A DNA stretch of 64,000 bases from assembly GCA_016748015.1 (NCBI GenBank), contig JAAOMT010000495.1:20446-84445 (forward strand), in the 5' to 3' direction. Position numbers and translations under genes: made by a program. A model generated the notes under the pieces. That model was not told the origin of the DNA. It made no database searches and saw only the letters and a program-made list of their open reading frames with translations. Position 1 is the stretch's first letter; every line of letters starts with the position of its first letter. The stretch comes from Geosiphon pyriformis uo1. Lineage: Eukaryota > Fungi > Glomeromycota. Shown here piece by piece: positions 55,501-64,000 of the stretch.

Positions 55501-56635
55501 ACCCGACAAAGAGCTAGGGCCAGAGCTTCCTCCCCTAGGATTTGATATTAATACGGAACTAGAAACTAGAGAACCTGTAGTAAATTCTAATTCATTTACT
55601 AGCAACTTCGGAGATCTCTTCCGAAATAATTGGGACAAAGAAAAAATTACAGTCGAAAGTTGGAGTGATACTGCCAAACACATCAAATTTAATGCCAGAT
55701 TAGCAAATGCAGCTTACTGTAATAATTCCAAGGTGTCAATTCGGTATTTTGGTAAATTGAATTTCACATCTTTTCTTCTTACACTTCTCACAAAAAAATT
55801 TTCTTGACAATTTTTTTATCTCTTAGATAATCATAATTCTGAGGCACAAATTCTTTTTGCTGCGTTTGCTGGTGTTGGATTTGAGTTGCGGAACTTTGTA
55901 GAAACCAAAGATATAGCTCAAGTGCAATATCCTTTTTGGGATGATGAAAAGCTTTATCATCAAAAATATTATCCTTCTGGATGGGACAAACAAAAGGTTC
56001 ACAAAGGAATTTATAACCTATGGCGACCAGCACAGGAAAAATTTATAGAAAAAATGGAATCTATGTCTGAATTGAATAATGCCATTATTCAGTTGGTTGG
56101 GCATGGACTTGGTGGAGGTACCACATCAGAAATTCTCATATTTTTCAAATAATTCTTATCAAAACTATTTCTCACCCTTGAAATATTGATTTGCAAAAGC
56201 ATATGCCTTATTTGCGGGGTTGGCCTTTCTATCAAAGCATGAAGACCGAAAGATGACAATTTATACTTTTGGAGAACCAAGACTAGGAAACAAGCACTTT
56301 GCTGGACTTATCAACAATCTAATCAAAGAAAAACGACTTGATGTTTTCCGAGGAACAACACCCGGTGATCCAATCATTCATTGGCCAAATTTACCCAATT
56401 TAGATTTTATAGCCGATTCAAAAGGTCAAATCCCATCGAATATTCGCTACCAGCATCATCAAAAGGAGTTTATGTATGTGTCAGAAACAGATAGATTATA
56501 TGAATGTAAAATTCCTACATCAGGAGAAGAAAACAAAGTAAGCATTTTTTTTCTACTAGTATTTCGATTGATGTTTACTCTAATATAATCTTATTCTTGA
56601 ACTCCACTATTTTTCTATAATATTAAGGACTGTGC
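52550..56635 (+). repeat. Apparently identical 2033-bp direct duplication separated only by an N gap
   Basis: 52550-54582 matches 54603-56635 (offset 2053); all ORF translations are identical; N run at 54583-54602. Confidence 0.9.
52948..54582 (+). CDS. Duplicate of copy 10, truncated at the gap (probably an assembly artefact)
   Basis: Exons 52948-53698, 53774-54064, 54147-54484, and 54575 to the gap; same sequence as the gene at 55001-56747. Confidence 0.55.
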
Positions 56636-56747
56636 AATATCTGAACCACTTGGTGCATTTGAAAAACATTCAGGACCTTATTTTGGAATCAAAATGGGAA
56701 CATGCCAAGAATTGGTGAAGGATGCAGGACTTCAGGAAACTCATTAG
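55001..56747 (+). CDS. Lipase class 3-like protein with long acidic pro-region, Ser to Gly (copy 10, 499 aa)
   Basis: Exons 55001-55751, 55827-56117, 56200-56537, 56628-56747. ARLANAAYC, AAFAG, KVHKGIY, LVGHGLGG/AYA, IYTFGEPRLGN, PGDPIIHWP, YQHHQKE, DCA, HSGPYFG. Confidence 0.9.
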
Positions 56748-58699
56748 AAAAAAGGTTTTACATATTTACTTAATTGAAATTGTGCAACCTATTTCACAAT
56801 ATTAATATTTTACTAGCTAACGTGAGTTTTTTAAAATTTGCCGATGATGAATTAAAAAATTGTGATTTTGGAATGTAACATCTAATATTTTATTTCCAAT
56901 ATATATGTGAACTGATATGATTAGGACACTATGGGGTCTTTAAAGCTTTAATATTAGATTCTCAATCTTCCAAATTTAAAAGCAATATTTTTTTTCTTAT
57001 CTCCTAATTGGAAAACTGGAGATAAATTTCAAACACCCTTTTTTTCCGAATTTATTTTGGTTTCTTTTTTTTCTTTACAAACATAATAACATCATCACAA
57101 CAGCATGAATAAAATGTTTTTAAAACAATGTAACTAACCTTTTGTCACATTACCAAGTAAATCCAAATAATAAAAATCGTTAACCCCGAAGAGTTACCAC
57201 ATTTTCCGAAATTAAATAATCTACTTTTCGTGAGATTAGAAGATCACGAGGCTAAAATCAAGTGTTTTACATCACTTAATGATATTATAGAAGGAAATTT
57301 TACGCTCAAAAATTAATTTTGGTCTCACACAAAAGGAAATAAATACATGTAATATATAAATGTGATGAGAAAATTTTTCTTGCTTTATAAAAATAAGTAA
57401 AAGATATTAATTATTCTCAGGATCGACTTGGCGATATTTAAAAAGAATAACCTGGGCTTTGGTTAGGGTTTTGGCACTTAATAGGAAACACTTTTGAACT
57501 TTTTGTTTTGTTTTGTTTTGTTTTGTTTTGTTTTGATTTCTTTAAAAAGACTGATTTTAAAAAAAATATGTATGTTGATCAGTTCGAGCTTTTCAATTTT
57601 CTCGATATTTTATTGAATAAGATATTATGTAATAGAATTTTCAAAAGCAAAAATTTTTTAAAGGTGTTGTCTCTACCTAATCCTAGAATTCTTTAGGCAA
57701 GATATATCAAAGAATTTGACTCAAAAGTAGGAGGTAAGATATTTAAAGTCGTATTTAGACTTATTATTCGAACGAACATTGCATATACATGTATAACGAG
57801 CTGATTCCCCTTATAATAGAAATAATAAGGTAATTATTTTCACAAAATTCATCTAGTTTTCTGATGATTGAGAAAGATACTCGCTGCTATCTATGTTTTA
57901 GCAACAAAAATATTAATATCGCTTCTTCAAATTTGCAGCATAGATGTATCATTGTTTCATTAATACTTCCTTTCAAGGTTTTTTAAAAAAGTCAGCAAAA
58001 GAGATGGTTTTCCCCAGACAATTGATATTGGTTTGCTATTCTTTCATGACTACTTGCGTTTCAGCTCAAGAATATCCAAATTAAACTCACCTCTATTATT
58101 GTAAATATCGCCGTAGAGATACTTTTGAACATGCAGAACGTGTAGGAAAATGTGTCATCTAGCCCAAAGGGAGAATTTTATTTGTGAAAACACTAAAATT
58201 AGGCTTCATTGCAATATTATAGTTTTATTAGGCTTATAATGATATGTACCCTTTTAATTATATTTCTCTTATTTAGAAGTCCAAATGTTCAATCGTCTAA
58301 TTATGTATGGTGTGCAAAGCAAGAATTACATGGCTATAAACTGTGTCAATTTGCTTTCTTAAGATAAAAACATTCAAAATTCAAAAATAAGGAAGAAACC
58401 TGCATTTATCGCAAAGGCACATTTCTTATAGGTCAAATAATGTTGACATTTTTACAAATTTGGTAATTTTTCTGCTTTGCTTTCAAAAGAGAAGTTTATG
58501 ATCAAAGTTGTCAATACACTATTCTCATGACTAATTGAGTCCAAAGTGGAACAATTTTTGATGCATTATATAGCAAAGCTTTTATTTATATCTTTATAAT
58601 AAAAATACACTACACATCTCAATAGATTGCAACATAGTTTTAACTCTAAATCATTATAGATGGATATTTATTTGTCACATTTGCAATTAGTTATTTACT

Positions 58700-61600
58700 T
58701 CTTTACTACTTTTGTAGTATTTATAAAAAACAGCAAAATAAATTGAAAGTAGAAAAAAAGACTAATACTTTCAATAAATTAATATTTAGTCTTCTATCAC
58801 ATTTCATGGTATTAAAATTGTTAATTCTAACGAAGAAATAGTTCAACCTAAAATTGTTCAGATCTTGAATTTAGAAATCTAACCTGACAGAATTCGAATG
58901 TAAAAAAAAACGATGTTATTAATTGAAAAAAACTGAATTTATTCTTTAAATTTTAATTTTTTTGAAAAATCAGCAACTATAATTTAAAACTGATAACATT
59001 AATTAAATTACTTACTTATTTAATCTGTTCATTTGTTAAATTTTTCTTGTTTGATTTTTATTGTTGTATATAACTATTTTTTGTGCTTTTGTAAAATTGT
59101 TAAAATTTATCTTGTTATTTATTGTATAAACAATTACATATTCTTTGTTAAAAAAAACTAAATAATATATTCAAGTTTATTTTAACAGTAATACAAAACA
59201 ATTTAAAAAATATTTTTTTACTTTATCTGATTTGTTATTCAGTTAAACAATAATCTAGTAAATAATTTTAAAATTTCTGAAATGGTTTTTTAATAAACAT
59301 ATAGTTAAAACTTATTTAGTCTATTCTATATAATTTTTTAATTAAGCTTATTTTAAAACCAATTCTAAAAAGAAAAACAATTATATGAATTATTTATTTA
59401 TTTATTTAGTTATAATTAATTTTAAAACTTTTTTATTTTTAAACTATTTTTAAGCACATTAAATACTTTATCAAAAAACTGTTAATTAAATAATAATAAA
59501 TATAAGTTTTAAATTTTTAAACAATACTTTTAAAATTCTTTATTTATATAATTATTTCAAAATTTATTTTTGATTTCAAAATAAAATATGAACTAAAAAT
59601 AATGTATTCAAGATTCTAACAAAATTTTATTAAATATGAAAAATTTATTTGAAATTTTTTAAACAAATGAACACTAAAATAATTAGATTAATAAATAAAA
59701 AAAATAATTTTTTTATTTTATGTTTTTTGGTTTTAAAAAATTAATAAATGTATTTTAAAAATATAATTTACTAATTGTTTTTATTTTTGCTTTTTTTTTA
59801 CCAATATTTATTATTTTTTTACAAAATTTAAATAAACAATTAATAAATAAATTAACTGCCAATTTTGTTTATCTTCTAAAATTATTGATTTAAGCTATAT
59901 GTAAAAAACCAAAAACTTAAAAATTCCAAATATAGACTTCAGTATAACCAACAAAAAAAACTGTTTTATAATTTTTAATAACAAAATTATAAGATTATAA
60001 AATTATTTTTAGTACTTTAATTACTAAGTTTTTTAAAATTTTCAAAATTGTTAAAATTTCTTCATTTAATAATTAATAAAATAATAGTTTTTTTGTTATT
60101 ATTATTTATTTTATTTTAGATTTTATTATAAACTTTGTAAGTTTATTATTTTTTATAAAAAACTTGTTAAACTAGTTTTTACAATATTTATTAATAATAA
60201 CGAGCTTTTAAATTATGTTAAAGCTAATTAATATTAACAAAAATATTATTATTATTTAAAAATATTTTTGTTTTAAAAGTGTTTTTTGTTTTTCTTTTTA
60301 TAATTGAAAAAAGTTATTTTCTGCATTTTTGTAATTTTTTCAATTGTTATACATGTAAAAATTAGTAATTTTTGTTTTTAATTTATTATAATATTGTATA
60401 GAAATTAAGAAATATTTTATTTATAGGTTATTTTTTTGTTATATGTGTATTGTTTAGTTTATTAAAAAAATTTTGCATTGAAAAATATATTAGTTTCTGT
60501 TTTTTGAAGAGTTATAATTAATATAAAAAGATATATTTTGTGTAAAAATTCAAATTTAGATTATTTTCAAGTTAAATAATTTTACTTTTAATAATTATAA
60601 TAAAAAATATATATTATAAAAATATATATCTAAAAAAAATAGATATGTTATATATTTTTAAAATAATATTAATACAATCAATTTTTTACTTTTTAAACAA
60701 TAAATGCATAACGTATTTGATTTATTACAAAAATTGAGAACTAATTAGTTTAATTTTGAAAAAATAAAACAAATATAATTTATAATAGCTAAACAGAAAA
60801 AATTCTTTACAAAAAAAAATTTTTGATTTGAATTATCTCAATTGTATTGATTCTGCTAAAATAAAAAAAATACAAAAGCTTAAATAAATTTAAAGAAATT
60901 TTAATTTTTTAAATTAGTTTTACATTATTAAAATTTTGTTAAAGAATTTTTAACCAAAATTTTTTAAAATTTAACTTGTTATTAAACCAATTTTGAAACA
61001 ATGTAATTTAAATTAATCTTTACATTAATACAAGTTTTCGAATTAAATAATGTTTTATTTTAAAAATAGAAGCAATAAAGAATACACTATTATTTAATTA
61101 AGCAAAAGTTTTTTTCTTTATAAAAATATTTAATTATTAAACAAAAGTGCTTTATAATAATTGGTTTACTAATTATTAGTGAAAATATTTTTTGGATGCA
61201 AAATTTACTTTTATGATTAATTATTAAGTCTTAATCTGGCTGTACAATAAAAAAACTTAAATATTGACAAATTATTTGCGAAATAATTTACTTAAACAAT
61301 TATAATTATAAATCATAACATTATAAAAACAAATTATTAAAATACTAATGTTTTTTAATTTCATAATTTAATAAAAACAATAAAATAAAAAAATACATAT
61401 ATAATTATAAAATAATTAATTTAAATTTTAATAAACATAAATGTTTTTATACTAATAAAAAATAAACCCATATTGTAAATATATCTAAATACTAAATACA
61501 AGAACAAAAAATTAACATAAAAAAAGTAAAAATGATAATAAAAAATAATAAAAAACAAAAACATTGAAAATTTTTTACAGAATATTATAAAAATATGTAT

Positions 61601-62925
61601 ATAATTAAAGTATTTAAATATTACAAATATATACAAATTGTTTTAAATGATAATTAATCAAAAAAAAGTTTTTTGTAGGAATTTATAATTAATAAAAAGT
61701 TTAATAAAATATAAAATAATTATATTATTTTTATTCTTTGTATTAATAAATTTTTTTTAAAGTTTTTTGTATTAAATTAAAATTTGCTAATTTGTTATAA
61801 TATATTATTGTTAATTTTAAAATTTTCAAAGTATTTAAAACTGCTTTTATTTGTTAATTAATTTAATACAAAAACAGTAAAATTTTTTTTGTTTCTTATA
61901 ATATTTATAAACTTAAGTTAATTATTTTTTATTTGATTGTATTATTTTGAAATTATAATATAATTATTTTGCTTTTAAGTTTTTTAAGTCTGAATATTAT
62001 TAAAATTTATATAATTGTTATTTTAATTTAAAAATTTTATGAATACAACTAAATTTGATAAAAAATTTTTAAATATAAATATTGCTATAAATTTTAAATT
62101 TTAAATTATTTTATTTTAATATTTTGTTAAGTTTTTTTACTGTTTAAAATTACTGTAAATTAATTTGTTGATTTGGTTTTTAATATTAATATTTATTATA
62201 AGTTAGTTTTTTAAAAACTTAATTGTAAAAATTATTTAATTTATAAAATTTATAATTGGTTTTTAAGTTGTTTTAATTATTATTTTTTGGGAATTAAAAA
62301 AGTTTTTATTATAAAATTAAATTTTTAAATCTTATTATTAAAAACATTAATTAAAACTTTAATAAAATAATATTTAAAATATTTAAATTTAAAAATAAAC
62401 TTGGTATTATTTTATTATATAATAATAATAATAATATAATCAATAAAAAATTAATTTTTTATGTTTAACTTAAAGTAATTTTAATAAGTTTTGTAAAAAT
62501 GGAAATATATATAAAAAGTCTAATATTATATTATATTAACAAATTATAAAATTAAAATACAGTATATTATAAATTAAAATTAACAAAATCAGAGTTTATA
62601 TTAATATTAATAAATTTGTTAAAAATTTGAATTAAAAAATTATAATATATAAATTTGTTACATACTTTGAAAATATAAACAAAAATGTAAATACCATATT
62701 TAAAATTTAGCACTTTTAATTATAATTAAATTTAAAATATTTATTAATTTTTAAGTATATCTAAATAATTACAGTTGTAATATTTTTTTTAATATATAAA
62801 TTATATTAAATATATGTAAAAACTATTATGAAATAAAATGTGCTTTTATTATAAAAATAAGAAATAAAAATTAAAAAATTATTTTGGTATTTTAAATAAA
62901 AAAACTTTCAAATAATTTGAATATT
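58700..62925. other. Extremely AT-rich decayed repeat block
   Basis: No credible ORFs, near absence of CG dinucleotides; sharp compositional change at the Harbinger terminus near 62929. Confidence 0.5.
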
Positions 62926-63070
62926 ATTAGAGAGTTTGCGCTACAATGATTTCTTTGTAAATTTACTTCTAGCAGTCCCAAAGGAATTCCTTGTAAAACA
63001 GAGTTTGCGCTACAATGATTTTCCTTGTAAATTTATTTCTGCAATTGGCTAGTGATGTCACGTAATTTTA

Positions 63071-63623
63071 ATGCAAACGCGTATCAAATCTCACCATATG
63101 GAGTCCGAGAACTTGACTTTTGACAGCCTGCGAATGGCTACACTTCTGCTACTACTTCATAAGCGTCAACAGCAACTGGCCATAACAATGAAGACAATAT
63201 TTGAACCTGAACGTCCATTGATTCCCAATACGAGACTTGATCTAAATGCACTTGATGAGGGAACGTGTGTAGCATTTTTCCGGTATGAAGATTAAAGTTT
63301 TATATGATTAATGTGACAATAATGTTTTGAAAAGTATATTGAAGACAACGGCTTATAGATTCAACAAAACACAGATAGAACAACTTGTTGAACACTTCCG
63401 AATTCCATCATTTATCATTACAGAAAATCGTTTGCGGGCAACTGGAGTTGATTNNNNNNNNNNNNNNNNNNNNTATAAAAAAAATCAAAAGGTTTTTCTT
63501 CAACCTGTAGGTCGCATATATATTATTGCTGCACTTCTTGCTAATTGCCATACGTGTGTTTATGGAAGTCAGACAAGTATATATTTTAATTGTACTCCTA
63601 CTCTAGAAGCATATATACACTAA
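63071..63623 (+). CDS. Harbinger/PIF (DDE_Tnp_4, HARBI1-like) transposase, core hidden by an assembly gap
   Basis: RLDLNALDEGTCVAFFR|intron 63283-63358|FNKTQIEQLVEHFRIP; after the N gap (63454-63473) LQPVGRIYIIAALLANCHTCVYGSQTSIYFNCTPTLEAYIH, typical of fungal/oomycete HARBI1-like C-termini. Confidence 0.75.
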
Positions 63624-63658
63624 TTTTTATACACTAATTTTTATACACTAATTTTTAT
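63617..63658. repeat. Three tandem copies of 14-bp ACACTAATTTTTAT
   Basis: Units at 63617-63630, 63631-63644 and 63645-63658. Confidence 0.95.
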
Positions 63659-64000
63659 GCTCTAAACTACGCAATTGTAACTCCAATTCCAAAATCTTTA
63701 TACGCTGTTCATTCTCCTTTTGACGTGCCTCTATTTCCATCTCACGTAATTTTATCTCTTTCTCTTTCCATTTATTGTCATATTCTAATTTTTCCTTCTG
63801 TAACTGTAAATCCTTTTCACGATATTCTCTTTCCAAGATTAAACGTTCTTGAGAATCTTTCTGTGCTTGCTCAGTTGCTGATACGAGTTGTGTAATTGAC
63901 TTGGTTATTACCTGACCTTCCATGATAGTGGTTCGGATAAAATCAGCTTTGGATTCACCTCGACGACGTTTTCTGATGCCTGAATTACCACTTTCCTTCT
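63648..64000 (-). CDS. C-terminal coiled-coil part of Harbinger ORF2 (presumed Myb/SANT-like protein), partial
   Basis: Open frame from the window edge, including a basic IRKRRRG patch, then an E/K/R/Q-rich coiled coil ending LELELQLRSLEHKN*; convergent with the transposase. The Myb domain itself is not visible. Confidence 0.6.
   Translation of the reverse strand, partial: KESGNSGIRKRRRGESKADFIRTTIMEGQVITKSITQLVSATEQAQKDSQERLILEREYREKDLQLQKEKLEYDNKWKEKEIKLREMEIEARQKENEQRIKILELELQLRSLEHKN

Larger units (their letters stand above)
62929..64000. mobile_element. PIF/Harbinger-like DNA transposon (left part; continues beyond the window)
   Basis: Abrupt GC rise at AGAGAGTTTGCGCTACAATG; subterminal direct repeat (62931-62965 and 63000-63035); two convergent ORFs (transposase on +, coiled-coil ORF on -). 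Confidence 0.75.

Noticed and set aside
53013-56280. Minus-strand ORFs overlapping copy 10 and its duplicate
   Set aside because: Antisense shadows of the plus-strand coding exons.
57700-58600. Moderately GC-richer stretch that may be a gene relic (also 51550-52250 and 25144-25362)
   Set aside because: Frames I read had stops or no family motif I could recognise.
62931-63035. Two ~35-bp direct repeats with a spacer, superficially CRISPR-like
   Set aside because: Only two units, eukaryotic context, no cas genes; explained as transposon subterminal repeats.

Overview
Very AT-rich eukaryotic (fungal) genomic DNA with short GT-AG introns. The gene content (class-3 lipase expansion, TKL kinase and Crinkler relics, Tc1 and Harbinger transposons) resembles Glomeromycotina/Mucoromycota; a Geosiphon-like fungus is my inference, not proven. 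The core (about 12-57 kb) is a tandem array of secreted/signal-anchored Lipase_3 (Rhizomucor miehei-type) homologues: 9 intact spliced genes, 1 with a single homopolymer frameshift, 1 gap-flanking duplicate and at least 3 decayed copies. All 10 distinct full-length copies have lost the catalytic serine (GHSxG to GHG/AxG) yet keep intron positions, cysteines and most other core motifs, so they look like a maintained family of secreted pseudo-lipases. Embedded in the array is a 552-aa GBP/atlastin-family GTPase whose C-terminus is a three-repeat MABP-like beta-prism rather than a long helical stalk with CaaX or TM anchor. The window also has a truncated GDSL/SGNH esterase, a TIR-bounded Tc1 deletion derivative, an IS607 serine-recombinase relic, a two-ORF Harbinger element at the right edge and long transition-decayed AT-rich blocks at both ends. 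Exon boundaries were read by hand, and each intact model's summed exon length is a multiple of 3.
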